A stretch of DNA of 64,000 nt, from NCBI GenBank assembly GCA_036918135.1, contig JBALDB010000067.1:180666-244665 (forward strand), given 5' to 3'. This document shows, piece by piece, positions 20,515-32,900 of this stretch (position 1 is its first letter; each line of letters opens with the position of its first letter). The position numbers and the translations under genes are program-made. The notes beneath the pieces were generated by a model. The model did no database searches and was not told where the DNA came from. It was given only the letters and a program-made list of their open reading frames with translations. The DNA is from Nostoc sp. (GTDB taxonomy: Bacteria; Cyanobacteriota; Cyanobacteriia; Cyanobacteriales; Nostocaceae).

Positions 20515-23500
20515 ATGATAGAAATGAATAATTTAAATAAATATGATAACTTAGTTGACCAAGATGTAATAGCGATTATTGGGATGGCGGGGCGTTTTCC
20601 TGGTTCAAAAAATATTGATATTTTTTGGCAAAACTTACGTGATGGTGTAGAATCAATTTCTTTTTTCACAGATGAAGAACTAATATCTGCTGGGGAAGAT
20701 CCATCATTGCTCAACGATCCTAATTATGTGAAAGCAAATGGGATATTAGAAGATATAGAGTTATTTGATGCTGAATTTTTTGGCTTTTCACCTAGAGAAG
20801 CTGAAATTACAGATCCCCAACACCGCCTTTTCATAGAAAGTGTTTGGGAAGCTTTAGAAAATGCTGGCTATAACTCGGAAACTTATAGCGGTCAAATAAG
20901 TCTTTTTGCTGGTGCATCTCCCAATATGTACCTACTCTCAAACTTGTATTCCAATCGAGATTTAATAGAATCAGTAGACAGCTTTAAACTTTTGCATGGA
21001 AACGAAAAGGATTTTTTGCCTACACAAGTTTCTTACAAATTGAACTTGAGAGGGCCAAGCATCAATATTCAAACTGCTTGCTCGACATCATTAGTTGCTA
21101 TCCACTTAGCCTGCCAAAGTTTATTAAATGGTGAAAGTGATATTGCTTTAGCAGGTGGTGTTTCCGCTACAACAATGCAAAAAAGTGGTTATCACTATCA
21201 ACCAGGAGGAATTCATTCTCCTGACGGACATTGTCGAGCTTTTGACGCTCAAGCAGAAGGAACTATTGATGGCAATGGTTTAGGTGTAGTAGTCTTGAAA
21301 AGATTAGAGGATGCCATTGCTGATGGTGACTTTATCCATGCATTAATCAAAGGTTCAGCTGTTAATAACGATGGTTCCTTAAAGATTGGATATACAGCCC
21401 CTAGTGTTGAGGGTCAAAGAGAAGTAATTTTAGAAGCTTTAGCTTTAGCTGAAGTTGAACCTGAGACTGTTACTTATGTAGAAGCACACGGTACGGGAAC
21501 TGTCTTAGGAGATCCGATTGAAATCAAGGCTCTTACACAAGCTTATCGTGCTAGTACAAATAAAAAAGGCTTTTGTGCTATTGGTTCAGTAAAGACTAAT
21601 GTCGGGCATCTGGATATAGCAGCAGGAGTGACAGGATTTATTAAAACAGTTCTGGCACTAAAACACAAGCAAATACCACCTAGTTTGCACTTTCAAAAGC
21701 CAAATCCCCAGATAGACTTTGCCAATAGTCCGTTTTACGTCAATGCTAAATTATCGGAGTGGAAAACTAACGGAACACCACGCAGAGCGGGTGTAAGTTC
21801 TTTAGCCATTGGTGGGACTAATGCTCATGTGATTTTGGAAGAAGCTCCAGTAATTGAGGCTTCTAGTCCTTCTCGTCCTTGGCAATTGTTACTGCTCTCA
21901 GCCAAAACCAGCACAGCTTTAAATACTGCAACAGCACAACTAGGCGAGCATTTAGAGCAAAACCTTGATATTACTCTACCTGACGTAGCTTATACCTTAC
22001 AAATAGGTCGTCGAGCTTTTGACTATCGCCGCATCATGGTTTGTCACGACTTAGATGATGCAGTGAAATTGCTTAACAGCCAAGACCCGCAACGTATTTT
22101 TAGTCTCTATAACGAGCCTGGTCATTGTCCAGTCATTTTCATGTTTTCCGGACAAGGATCGCAATATGCAAATATGGGTCGGGAACTATATGAAGTAGAA
22201 CCGAGGTTTAAAGAATATGTAGATACTTGCGCTGTAATTTTGCAACCCCACCTCGGTCTTGATATCCGCTCTCTACTTTACCCCAAGGGACAAGATACCG
22301 AAACTGCATCTTTGCAACTACAACAAACAGCCCTCACCCAAAGCGCGTTATTCGTTACAGAGTATGCCCTGGCTCAGTTATTAATGTCATGGGGTGTGCT
22401 ACCAGAGGCAATGATTGGTCATAGCATCGGGGAATATGTAGCAGCAACTTTAGCAGGTGTATTTGCTCTAGAGGATGCCTTAAAAATTGTGGCAAAAAGG
22501 GGACAGTTAATGCAACAACTACCCACAGGAAGTATGCTAGCAATTAGGCTTCCAGAAAAAGATGTACAGTTGTTGCTGTCTGCACAGCCGTTGTATAAAA
22601 AGTCTCTCCAAATTGCAGTTATTAACAGCCCATCTTCGTGTGTTGTTTCTGGAACAAACGAAGCGATCGCAATCCTAAAAAATCAATTATCCTTTGAAGA
22701 AATTGAATGTCAACTGTTGCATACGTCTCATGCGTTCCATTCTTTAATGATGGAACCAATACTAGAAGCATTTATTGAGGCTATCAAAACAGTCGAATTA
22801 AATCCACCACGCATACGCTTTATTTCTAATGTTACTGGTAGTTGGATTACAGATACACAAGCCACTAATCCTAACTACTGGAGTCAACATTTACGACAAA
22901 CTGTGAGGTTTTCAGATGGAATATCGCAATTGATAAAACAGTTTGAAGGCGTTTTTATGGAGTTGGGGCCGGGGCGGACATTAAGTACGATTACGAAACA
23001 ACATTTAGATAAAAATACTAAACAACAAGTACTAACTTCATTAAGTCATGTCAAAGAACAACAATCGGATGTTAGCTTTTTATTACAAACATTAGGTCGG
23101 CTGTGGCTTTCTGGTGTAGAAATAGATTGGTCGGGATTTTATACCCACGAGCAACGTTATCGTTTACCTTTGCCGACTTACCCATTTGAACGACAAAGGT
23201 ACTGGATTGAACCTAATAAGCAAGGACAAAACGAGCGTCACACTCCACTGTCACTGGCTAAAAAACCAGATATAGCTGACTGGTTTTATATTCCTTTTTG
23301 GAAACCTTCTTTACCCCCCGTACAACTCGAACATCCAGAATTAGCACCTGAAAAATCCTGCACTTTGGTGTTTATCGATGAGTGTGGCTTGGGTAGCAAG
23401 TTAGTCAAACAACTAGAAATACAAAATCAAGATGTAATTACTGTAAAAGTTGGTAAAAATTTTAATACAGTAGATGAATCTGAATATACCATCAATCCGG

Positions 23501-25194
23501 AAAGCGATCGTGATTACGATGTTTTAATTCAAGAGCTTTTTAAACAAAACAAGTTGCCAAAAACGATTGTTCATTTATGGAGTGTTACACCTAACAGCGA
23601 ACAACAATTAGAAATCGAAAAATTCGATCGAACTCAAATTACAGGATTTTATAGTCTCTTATTTCTTGCTCAAGCTTTGGGAAAACAAGAAACTACTGAA
23701 GAAGTACAAATCACAGTTATTTCTAACGACCTCCAGTCATTGACCGGAACTGAAGTGCTTTGTCCAGAGAAAGCCACTTTGCTTGGAGTAATTAAAGTTA
23801 TTTCCCAAGAATATTTAAATATCAATTGTCGTAGTATTGATATTACCTTACCACCCACAGGTAGCTGGCAAGAAGAAACACTTGTAGAACAAATACTGGT
23901 AGAACTGACAGTTGATGATTTCCAAAAGCTAATTGCTTATCGAAGTAGCAATCGTTGGGTACAAAGTTTTGAGCCTGTGCGTTTTGAGCAAGCTAAAATC
24001 CAAAAGCCTCGACTACGAGAAAAGGGAGTTTATTTAATTACAGGTGGACTTGGAGGTATCGGACTTGTTTTAGCAGAATACTTGGCTCGAACTGTACAAG
24101 CAAAACTGCTGTTAGTCGGACGAACAGCTTTGCCAAAAAAAGATGAGTGGGAAAAATGGCTGTCCACTCACGATGAAACTGATAGCACTAGCAATAAAAT
24201 TCGTAAAGTTCAAGAACTTGAAGATTTAGGTGCAGAAGTTTTAGTAATCAGTGCTGATGTCAGCAACATCCAACAAATGCGAAGTGCTATTGCAAATACT
24301 CAACAGCAATTTGGTCAACTTAATGGTGTTATCCATGCTGCTGGGGTTGCTGGAGGCGGTGTAATTGGGCGAAAAACTCAAGCAGAAGTAGAAAGTATTC
24401 TCACTCCCAAGGTTAAAGGAACGATAGTTATTGATACAATTGTCAAAGATATTCAATTAGATTTCTTTGTTTTAGCATCCTCAAAAACCTCCATTTTAGG
24501 AGAATTTGGCCAGGTAGATTATTGCGCTGCAAATGCTTTTCTTGATGCCTTTGCTCATTATAATGCTTCCAAACGAGGGAGATTTACTACAACTATCAAT
24601 TGGGACACTTGGCAAGAAGTTGGGATGGCAGTGAACGCCGAATTGCCCCAACGACTCCAACAATTGCGAACAGAAAATCTTCAACAAGGCATATTGCCTG
24701 ATGAAGGTGTAGATGTTTTTCTACGGATTTTAGAAAGTAAAATGCCTCAAGTTGTAGTATCTACCTCTGATTTATTAGATATACTTAAACACTACAATTC
24801 TTACAACGAAACCCAAGTACTCGAATTTTTAGAAACTGTCAATCCATCCAACTCCAAATATCCTCGACCGGAACTAAATAATGATTATGTTGCTCCTCGA
24901 AATGAAATTGAGCAAAAGATTGCTACTATCTGGCAAGATATTTTGGGAATAGAAACGATCGGAATATATGATAACTTTTTTGAAGTTGGTGGTGATTCTC
25001 TAATTGGGATTCAAGTTATTGCAACCTTAAATAAGGAATTTAATTCCAAGATTTCTGTTGCTAAACTTTATGAATGTCCGAATATTGGTTCTATGGCAAA
25101 GATTTTTACTCCCGAAGAACCTCAGGAAAATACTTTTGAACAAAGACTAAGCCGAGGACAGAGAAGAAGGCAGATAAAAATGCAAAGTAACTAA
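20515..25194 (+). CDS. Type I PKS 2: KS-AT(malonyl)-KR-ACP
   Basis: QTACSTS; GHSIG and HAFH; KR GGLGGIG, PKVKG, YCAAN, no LDD motif (A-type-like); GGDSL. Confidence 0.95.
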   Translation: MIEMNNLNKYDNLVDQDVIAIIGMAGRFPGSKNIDIFWQNLRDGVESISFFTDEELISAGEDPSLLNDPNYVKANGILEDIELFDAEFFGFSPREAEITDPQHRLFIESVWEALENAGYNSETYSGQISLFAGASPNMYLLSNLYSNRDLIESVDSFKLLHGNEKDFLPTQVSYKLNLRGPSINIQTACSTSLVAIHLACQSLLNGESDIALAGGVSATTMQKSGYHYQPGGIHSPDGHCRAFDAQAEGTIDGNGLGVVVLKRLEDAIADGDFIHALIKGSAVNNDGSLKIGYTAPSVEGQREVILEALALAEVEPETVTYVEAHGTGTVLGDPIEIKALTQAYRASTNKKGFCAIGSVKTNVGHLDIAAGVTGFIKTVLALKHKQIPPSLHFQKPNPQIDFANSPFYVNAKLSEWKTNGTPRRAGVSSLAIGGTNAHVILEEAPVIEASSPSRPWQLLLLSAKTSTALNTATAQLGEHLEQNLDITLPDVAYTLQIGRRAFDYRRIMVCHDLDDAVKLLNSQDPQRIFSLYNEPGHCPVIFMFSGQGSQYANMGRELYEVEPRFKEYVDTCAVILQPHLGLDIRSLLYPKGQDTETASLQLQQTALTQSALFVTEYALAQLLMSWGVLPEAMIGHSIGEYVAATLAGVFALEDALKIVAKRGQLMQQLPTGSMLAIRLPEKDVQLLLSAQPLYKKSLQIAVINSPSSCVVSGTNEAIAILKNQLSFEEIECQLLHTSHAFHSLMMEPILEAFIEAIKTVELNPPRIRFISNVTGSWITDTQATNPNYWSQHLRQTVRFSDGISQLIKQFEGVFMELGPGRTLSTITKQHLDKNTKQQVLTSLSHVKEQQSDVSFLLQTLGRLWLSGVEIDWSGFYTHEQRYRLPLPTYPFERQRYWIEPNKQGQNERHTPLSLAKKPDIADWFYIPFWKPSLPPVQLEHPELAPEKSCTLVFIDECGLGSKLVKQLEIQNQDVITVKVGKNFNTVDESEYTINPESDRDYDVLIQELFKQNKLPKTIVHLWSVTPNSEQQLEIEKFDRTQITGFYSLLFLAQALGKQETTEEVQITVISNDLQSLTGTEVLCPEKATLLGVIKVISQEYLNINCRSIDITLPPTGSWQEETLVEQILVELTVDDFQKLIAYRSSNRWVQSFEPVRFEQAKIQKPRLREKGVYLITGGLGGIGLVLAEYLARTVQAKLLLVGRTALPKKDEWEKWLSTHDETDSTSNKIRKVQELEDLGAEVLVISADVSNIQQMRSAIANTQQQFGQLNGVIHAAGVAGGGVIGRKTQAEVESILTPKVKGTIVIDTIVKDIQLDFFVLASSKTSILGEFGQVDYCAANAFLDAFAHYNASKRGRFTTTINWDTWQEVGMAVNAELPQRLQQLRTENLQQGILPDEGVDVFLRILESKMPQVVVSTSDLLDILKHYNSYNETQVLEFLETVNPSNSKYPRPELNNDYVAPRNEIEQKIATIWQDILGIETIGIYDNFFEVGGDSLIGIQVIATLNKEFNSKISVAKLYECPNIGSMAKIFTPEEPQENTFEQRLSRGQRRRQIKMQSN

Positions 25195-25229
25195 AACATG
25201 TTAACTTTACTTCAATTTATCTATATTTT

Positions 25230-28200
25230 ATGAATACCGAAATCAAACAAGAAGAAACAGCAAATATAGATGTAGCAATAGTAGGAATGTCAGGCCGTTT
25301 ACCTGGTGCTAAAAATCTTGATGAGTTTTGGCATAATCTTCAAAATGGTATTGAGTCTATTTCATTTTTCACCAATCATGACTTAGTAGATTTAAATCTC
25401 GAAGAGGATATTCTAAACAATCCTAATTATGTTAAAGCAGCACCGACATTAGAAGATATTGAACTGTTTGATGCTAGGTTCTTTGGTTGCAGCCCTAAAG
25501 AAGCTGAAGCAATAGACCCCCAACATCGCCTATTTATGGAATGTGCCTGGTCATCTCTTGAAAACGCTGGATATGACCCAGAAACTTATAAAGGTTTGAT
25601 TGGCGTTTACGCTGGTGTAAGTACAAATAGTTACTTTTTTAATAATATATATCAAAACGTTAATTTCATTAATATTTCTACTAACTATACTTTAAATAAA
25701 GATTTTTTGACCACAAATATTTCATATAAATTAAACTTAAAAGGGCCAAGTGTAGGTATTCAAACTTACTGTTCTACTTCATTAGTTGCTGTACATTTAG
25801 CCTGCAAAAGTCTACTTGATGAAGAGTGTGATATTGCTTTAGCAGGTGGGGTTACAATTGTGGTTCCACAAAAATCAGGTTACTTCTATGAAGAAGACGG
25901 AATTTTATCTCCTGATGGTCATTGTCGAGCCTTTGATGCTAAAGCACGGGGTACTATTTTCGGCAGTGGACTTGGAATAGTCGTCTTAAAAAGATTAAAA
26001 GATGCTATAGCAGATAAAGATTATATTCATGCAGTTATTAAAGGTTCAGCAATTAACAATGATGGTTCCTTAAAAGTTAGCTATACAGCACCTAGTGTCA
26101 ATGGTCAAGCTGAAGTTATTGTAGAGGCTCTGGCAAACGCTGGAATAGATGCTGATGATATTTCTTATATAGAGACTCATGGAACTGGAACAGCAACTGG
26201 TGACCCAGTTGAAATTGCTGCGCTTACCAAGGCTTTTCGGGCTTTCACACAGAAAAATGGCTTCTGCGCCATTGGTTCAGTAAAACCAAACATCGGACAT
26301 TTAGATATCGCATCTGGAATAGCGAGTCTAATTAAAACTGTTTTAGCATTGAAATATAAACAAATACCTCCTAGCTTAAATTTTGAAGCTCCTAATCCAG
26401 AAATTGATTTTGCGAACAGTCCCTTCTACGTTAATACTAAACTTACTGAGTGGAAAGCTAACAATACTCCCCGTCGAGCAGGAGTTAGTTCCTTAGGTTT
26501 TGGTGGAACTAATGCCCATGTAATTCTAGAAGAAGCTCCGGAAATTAAATATTTTGATGATTCTAGACCTTGGCAATTAATATTAGTATCAGCCAAAACT
26601 AGCTCAGCAATTGAAACTGCAACTGCAAATTTAGTTACGTATTTAAAACAATATCCAGATACAAATTTAGCCAATGTTGCTCATACTTTACAAGTAGGTC
26701 GTAGAGCATTTAACTATCGCCGAATGTTGGTGTGTCAAAGTGTTAAAGATGCTGTACATGTTTTAGAAACACAGGAGCAAGAACGGGTTTTTACTGTATA
26801 TCAAGAGCGTAGGGAACAGCCAGTCATCTTCATGTTTTCTGGACAAGGAGCGCAATATGCAAACATGGCTGAGGAACTGTACAAAATAGAACCAACATTT
26901 ACTAAATACGTAAATAATTGTGCCCAGATTTTAGAAACCTACCTTGGGTTTGATATCTGCCATCTACTCTTTCCAGAGGAAGAAAAAATTGCAGCAGCTA
27001 GCCAACAACTACAACAAACAGCACTTACCCAGAGCGCATTATTTGTCATTGAATACGCCCTAGCTCAATTATTGATGTCATGGGGTGTGCGACCAGAAGC
27101 GATGATTGGTCATAGCATTGGGGAATATGTAGCAGCAACTATTGCAGGTGTATTTTCTCTAGAAGATGCCTTAAAAATTGTGGCTAAAAGGGGACAGCTA
27201 ATGCAACAACTACCCACAGGAAGTATGCTGGCAATTAGGCTTGCAGAAAAAGAGGTGCAGTTGTTGCTGTCTGCACAGACGTTGTATAAAAATTCCTTAG
27301 AAATTGCAGTTATTAACAGCCCATCTGATTGTGTAGTTTCGGGAACAAACGAAGCAATTTCTGTCCTAGAAAACCAATTATCTTCTCAAGGAATTGAATG
27401 TCGTCTGCTACATACATCTCATGCCTTTCATTCTGTGATGATGTCACCAGTATTGGAACCATTTGTACAAGCTGTGAAAAAAGTGAAGCTTAGACCACCT
27501 CGCATACGCTTCATTTCTAATGTGACTGGTACTTGGATTACAGATGAACAAGCTACAAATCCTGATTATTGGTGTCAACATTTGCGTCAAACTGTGAGAT
27601 TTTCTGATGGAATATCGCAATTAATAAAGCAGTTTGAAGGTATTTTTCTAGAGGTGGGGCCGGGACGAACTTTAAGTACAATTACAACAAAGCATTTAGA
27701 TAAAAATGCCAAACAACAGGTATTGACTTCGTTACGTCATGTAAAGGAACAACAATCGGATGTTAGCTTTTTATCACAAACATTAGGTCGGTTATGGCTT
27801 GCTGGTGTGGAGATAGATTGGTCAGGATTTTATACTCACGAGCAACGTCATCGTTTACCTTTGCCAACTTACCCGTTTGAGCGACAAAGATACTGGATTG
27901 AACCGAAAAAGCAAGGACAAGATGCTACTCAAACTCAAGTATCACTGGCTAAAAAACCTGACATAGCTGACTGGTTTTATATTCCTTTTTGGAAGCCTTC
28001 TTTACCTCCAGTACAACTCGAACATCAAGAATTAGCATTCTCAAAATGCAATATTTTAGTGTTTATCGATGAGTGTGGTTTAGGTATAAATTTAGTAAAA
28101 CGACTAGAAAAACAAAACCAGAATGTTATTACTGTAAAACTTGGTAAAAAATTTACTGTACTAGATAATTCTCGATATACTATTAATCCCGAAAATAATC

Positions 28201-29918
28201 AGGATTACAATACTTTAATCAAAGACCTGATTGTACAAAACAAGCTGCCAAAAACGATTATTCATTTGTGGAGTGTTACACCTAGTAGCGAACAAGAATT
28301 AAAAATTGAAAAATTTGAGAAAACTCAAATAACGGGTTTCTATAGTTTGCTATATCTTGCCCAAGCTTTGGGAAGACAAGAAACTACAAATAATTTTAAT
28401 ATTAATGTTATTTCTAACAACCTACAAGCAGTAACAGGAATTGAAGTAATTTTTCCAGAGAAAGCCACTTTACTCGGGCCAATTAAAGTTATTTCTCAAG
28501 AATATTCAAATATAAATTGTCGTAGTATTGATGTTATATTACCACCTACAGGTAGCTGGCAAGAAGAAAAACTTTTAGACAGATTATTGGCAGAACTAAC
28601 AGTTGATGATTCCCAAAAGCTAATTGCTTATCGAGGTAGCAATCGTTGGGTGCAAAGTTTTGAGCCTGTGCGCTTCGAGCAAGCTAAAATCCAAAAGCCT
28701 CAACTAAGAGAAAAGGGAGTCTATTTAATTACAGGTGGACTTGGGGGTATCGGACTTGTTTTGGCAGAATACTTGGCTCGAACTGTACAAGCAAAACTGC
28801 TGTTAGTCGGACGAACAGCTTTGCCAAAAAAAGATGAGTGGGAAAAATGGCTGTCCACTCACGATGAAACTGATAGCACTAGCAATAAAATTCGTAAAGT
28901 TCAAGAACTTGAAGATTTAGGTGCAGAAGTTTTAGTAATCAGTGCTGATGTCAGCAACATCCAACAAATGCGAAGTGCTATTGCTGTTGCTCAACAGCAG
29001 TTTGGTCAACTTAATGGTGTTATCCACGCTGCTGGGGTTCCCGGAGGCGGTGTGATTGGGCGGAAAACTCAAGCAGAAGCAGAAAGTATTCTGGCTCCCA
29101 AGGTCAAAGGGACAATAGTTATTGATGCAATTGTCAAAGATATTCAATTAGATTTCCTGATTCTTACATCATCAAAAACCTCAATTTTAGGGGGATTTGG
29201 ACAAGCAGATTATTGTGCTGCAAATGCTTTTCTTGATGCCTTTGCCCATTATAACGCTTCCAAACATAACAGATTTACTATAAGTATTAATTGGGATAAT
29301 TGGCAAGAAGTTGGGATGGCAGTAAACACCGAAGTGCCTCAACAACTCCAAGAATTACGAACAGAAAATCTCCAACAAGGAATATTGCCTGATGAAGGTG
29401 TAGATGCTTTTCTACGCATTTTAGAAAGTACAATGCCTCAAGTTGTAGTATCTACCTCTGACTTATTACATTCTACAAAACACTATACTTCTTACAACGA
29501 AAGCCAAGTACTCGAATTTTTAGAGACTGTCAATTTATCTAACTCAAAATATCCTCGACCGGAACTAAGTAATGATTATGTTGCTCCTCGAAATGAAATT
29601 GAGCAAAAGCTTGCTGATATCTGGCAACAAATCTTAGGAATTGATGAGGTAGGTCTGTACGACAATTTCTTTGAATTAGGAGGAGATTCACTACTAATAA
29701 TTCAACTTCGCAGTCAAATTATAAAAGTTTTAAACAAAAATATCCCAACTGCTAGCCTATTTGAATATTCAACTATCAGTGCTTTGGCTGAACATATCGG
29801 TGGAAAACAGCTTGAAGAACCGATATTTTGGAAAGCTGACGAACGTGCTAGCAAAAAAGAAGCGGCTATGCAAGAAAAAAGACAATTAATGAAACAAAGG
29901 AGGAAGTCAGATGGATAG
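25230..29918 (+). CDS. Type I PKS 3: KS-AT(malonyl)-KR-ACP
   Basis: KS QTYCSTS; GHSIG/HAFH; intact KR nearly identical to that of PKS2; GGDSL. Confidence 0.95.
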   Translation: MNTEIKQEETANIDVAIVGMSGRLPGAKNLDEFWHNLQNGIESISFFTNHDLVDLNLEEDILNNPNYVKAAPTLEDIELFDARFFGCSPKEAEAIDPQHRLFMECAWSSLENAGYDPETYKGLIGVYAGVSTNSYFFNNIYQNVNFINISTNYTLNKDFLTTNISYKLNLKGPSVGIQTYCSTSLVAVHLACKSLLDEECDIALAGGVTIVVPQKSGYFYEEDGILSPDGHCRAFDAKARGTIFGSGLGIVVLKRLKDAIADKDYIHAVIKGSAINNDGSLKVSYTAPSVNGQAEVIVEALANAGIDADDISYIETHGTGTATGDPVEIAALTKAFRAFTQKNGFCAIGSVKPNIGHLDIASGIASLIKTVLALKYKQIPPSLNFEAPNPEIDFANSPFYVNTKLTEWKANNTPRRAGVSSLGFGGTNAHVILEEAPEIKYFDDSRPWQLILVSAKTSSAIETATANLVTYLKQYPDTNLANVAHTLQVGRRAFNYRRMLVCQSVKDAVHVLETQEQERVFTVYQERREQPVIFMFSGQGAQYANMAEELYKIEPTFTKYVNNCAQILETYLGFDICHLLFPEEEKIAAASQQLQQTALTQSALFVIEYALAQLLMSWGVRPEAMIGHSIGEYVAATIAGVFSLEDALKIVAKRGQLMQQLPTGSMLAIRLAEKEVQLLLSAQTLYKNSLEIAVINSPSDCVVSGTNEAISVLENQLSSQGIECRLLHTSHAFHSVMMSPVLEPFVQAVKKVKLRPPRIRFISNVTGTWITDEQATNPDYWCQHLRQTVRFSDGISQLIKQFEGIFLEVGPGRTLSTITTKHLDKNAKQQVLTSLRHVKEQQSDVSFLSQTLGRLWLAGVEIDWSGFYTHEQRHRLPLPTYPFERQRYWIEPKKQGQDATQTQVSLAKKPDIADWFYIPFWKPSLPPVQLEHQELAFSKCNILVFIDECGLGINLVKRLEKQNQNVITVKLGKKFTVLDNSRYTINPENNQDYNTLIKDLIVQNKLPKTIIHLWSVTPSSEQELKIEKFEKTQITGFYSLLYLAQALGRQETTNNFNINVISNNLQAVTGIEVIFPEKATLLGPIKVISQEYSNINCRSIDVILPPTGSWQEEKLLDRLLAELTVDDSQKLIAYRGSNRWVQSFEPVRFEQAKIQKPQLREKGVYLITGGLGGIGLVLAEYLARTVQAKLLLVGRTALPKKDEWEKWLSTHDETDSTSNKIRKVQELEDLGAEVLVISADVSNIQQMRSAIAVAQQQFGQLNGVIHAAGVPGGGVIGRKTQAEAESILAPKVKGTIVIDAIVKDIQLDFLILTSSKTSILGGFGQADYCAANAFLDAFAHYNASKHNRFTISINWDNWQEVGMAVNTEVPQQLQELRTENLQQGILPDEGVDAFLRILESTMPQVVVSTSDLLHSTKHYTSYNESQVLEFLETVNLSNSKYPRPELSNDYVAPRNEIEQKLADIWQQILGIDEVGLYDNFFELGGDSLLIIQLRSQIIKVLNKNIPTASLFEYSTISALAEHIGGKQLEEPIFWKADERASKKEAAMQEKRQLMKQRRKSDG

Positions 29919-32900
29919 CCAACAAATCCATGATTCCATCAAAGGCATAGCTGTAATCAGTATAGTTGGTCGTTTTCCAGAAGCCAAAAGTGTTGATGAA
30001 TTTTGGCAGCATTTGTGCAATGGAGAAGAGACAATTTCTTCGTTCAATGATGAAGAATTAAAAGCTTCAGGTGTAGACTCAGCTACGCTAAATAACCCTG
30101 AATATGTCAAAGCTGGCGCTCATCTTTCAGATATTGAAATGTTTGACGCTTCTTTCTTCGATTTCTCGCCCAAGGAAGCCGAAATCATGGATCCGCAACA
30201 CCGGATTCTGCTTGAATGTGCTTGGGAAGCCCTAGAAACTGCTGGCTATGCTCCTGGATCTGAGAAAGAGTTGACTGGTGTTTATGTAGGAAATTTTATC
30301 AACGACTACTGGCTGAGTAGATTAAGTGTCAACCCTGAGATAATTGAATCAATGGGTTCATTAATTGAATTAAACAATAGTCATCATTATCCAGCTACAA
30401 GAATTTCATATAAATTAAACCTTAAAGGCCCAAGTATAAATATTAGTACGGCTTGCTCTACATCATTAGTGGCTGTTCACTTAGCCTGCCAAGGATTGCT
30501 CAACTATGAGTGCGATTTAGCTTTGGCAGGTGGTATTTCAATACAGTCTGTACAGAAGCAAGGTTATTTTTATCAAGAAGGGGGGATGACTTCCCCTGAT
30601 GGTCGCTGTCGCGCCTTTGATGCTAAAGCAAATGGAACTATTTTTAGTGAGGGCGTAGGGATTGTCGTACTCAAGAGATTAGAGGATGCTTTAGCAGATG
30701 GGGACTGCATTCTTGCAGTGATTAAAGGTTCAGCTATCAATAATGATGGAGCGGCTAAAGTAGGTTACACAGCTCCTAGCGTAGGTGGTCAAGCTTCAGT
30801 AATAGCTGAGGCTCAGGCGATCGCTGGATTTAATCCAGAGACAATTACCTATATCGAAACTCACGGAACGGGTACAAGCTTGGGAGATCCGATTGAGATT
30901 AGTGCCCTCAAGAAGGTGTTTGAATCCCGTACCAAAAAGAATGGATTTTGTGCTATTGGTTCGGTAAAGCCGAATGTTGGACATCCAAATATAGCAGCTG
31001 GCGTAACTAGTTTAATTAAAACGGTGATGGCACTGAAACACGGTTTGATTCCTCCTAGCTTACACTTTGAACATCCTAATCCGGAAATAGATTTTGCCAA
31101 TAGTCCCTTTTACGTCAACACCAAATTATTAGAGTGGAAAACTAACGGTATACCCAAGAGAGCAGGTGTAAGTTCTTTTGGCATTGGCGGGACTAATGCT
31201 CATGTGATTTTGGAAGAAGCTCCAGTGATTGAGGCTTCGAGTTCCTCGCGTCCTTGGCAATTGCTTGTACTCTCAGCTAAAACCAGTTCAGCGCTGGAAA
31301 CTCTGACAGCACAACTGTGTACTCATTTACAGCAAAATCCTGATATTCTCCTACCTGATATAGCTCATACCCTACAAGTTGGTCGTCGGGCTTTTGACTA
31401 TCGCCGTTTCATTGTTTGCGATCGCCAAGAAGATGCAATAAAATTACTTAACAACCAAGACCCAATAGGTGTTTTTAGTCATCACCGCAAGCCTGGTCAT
31501 TGTCCAGTCATCTTCATGTTTTCCGGACAAGGGGCGCAATATGCAAATATGGCAGAGGAACTATATGAAATTGAACCGACGTTTAAAAAACATGTAGATG
31601 CTTGCACTCTAATTTTGCAACCCTACCTCGGTCTTGATATCCGCTCCTTACTTTATCCCAAGAAAAAAGACACTGAAACTGCTTCAAAGCAATTACAACA
31701 AACAGCGCTGACACAACCAGCGTTATTTGTCATCGAGTATGCCCTAGCTCAGTTATTAATGTCATGGGGTGTGCTACCAGAGGCGATGATTGGTCACAGT
31801 ATCGGGGAATATGTAGCAGCAACCATAGCAGGTGTATTTTCCTTAGAGGATGCTTTAAAAATTGTGGCTAAAAGAGGAGAGTTGATGCAACAACTACCCT
31901 CTGGAAGTATGCTGGCAATTAAGCTTCCAGAAAAAGATGTGCAGTTGTTATTGGAATCAGAAACGCTCTATAAAAATTATCTCCAAATAGCAGCGATAAA
32001 TAGCCCATCTTCTTGTGTTGTTTCTGGAACAAACGAGGCAGTTACGAGACTACAAAATCAATTATCTTCTCAAGAAGTTGAATCTCGGCTATTGCATACA
32101 TCTCATGCGTTTCATTCACAAATGATGTCACCAATACTAGAAGCGTTTATTGAGGCAATAAAAAAAGTCAAACTCAATCCACCACGCATTCGCTTTATTT
32201 CTAATGTTACTGGTAGTTGGATTACAGATGCACAAGCGACAAATCCCAATTACTGGAGCCAACATCTACGACAAACTGTGAAATTTTCAGATGGAATATC
32301 TCTACTTTTAAAACAGTTTGAAGGTGTTTTTCTAGAGGTAGGGCCGGGACGAACTTTAAGTACTATTACTATACAGCATTTAAATATAAATGCTAAACAA
32401 CAGGTACTAAGTTCATTACGCCATGTGAAAGACCAACAATCTGATGTTAACTTTTTGTTGCAGACATTAGGTCGGTTGTGGCTTTTTGGTGTAGAGATTG
32501 ACTGGTCGGGATTTTATGCTCACGAACAGCGTCATCGTCTGCCTTTACCTACCTATCCTTTTGAGCGACAAAGATACTGGATTGATGCTAAATCCCCATC
32601 GCCTTCTTTAAATAGTAAGTCAGCAAAATTAGATTGTAAACAAGATATTGCCGACTGGTTTTATGTTCCTTCATGGAAACGCTCTTTGCTACGTAATTCA
32701 TCCTCTGCTCAAATAGAATCTACACAAGACGATTGGCTATTTTTTCTTGATGAGTTGGGAATTGGAGAAAAATTAATCAATGCATTGATTAATCAAGGTA
32801 AAAATGTCATTACGGTTAAGCAAGGAGAGCAGTTTAAAAAACTAAGTAATGGTGTTTATATAATTAATCCATACAGATGCGAAGACTACAATGCTTTATT

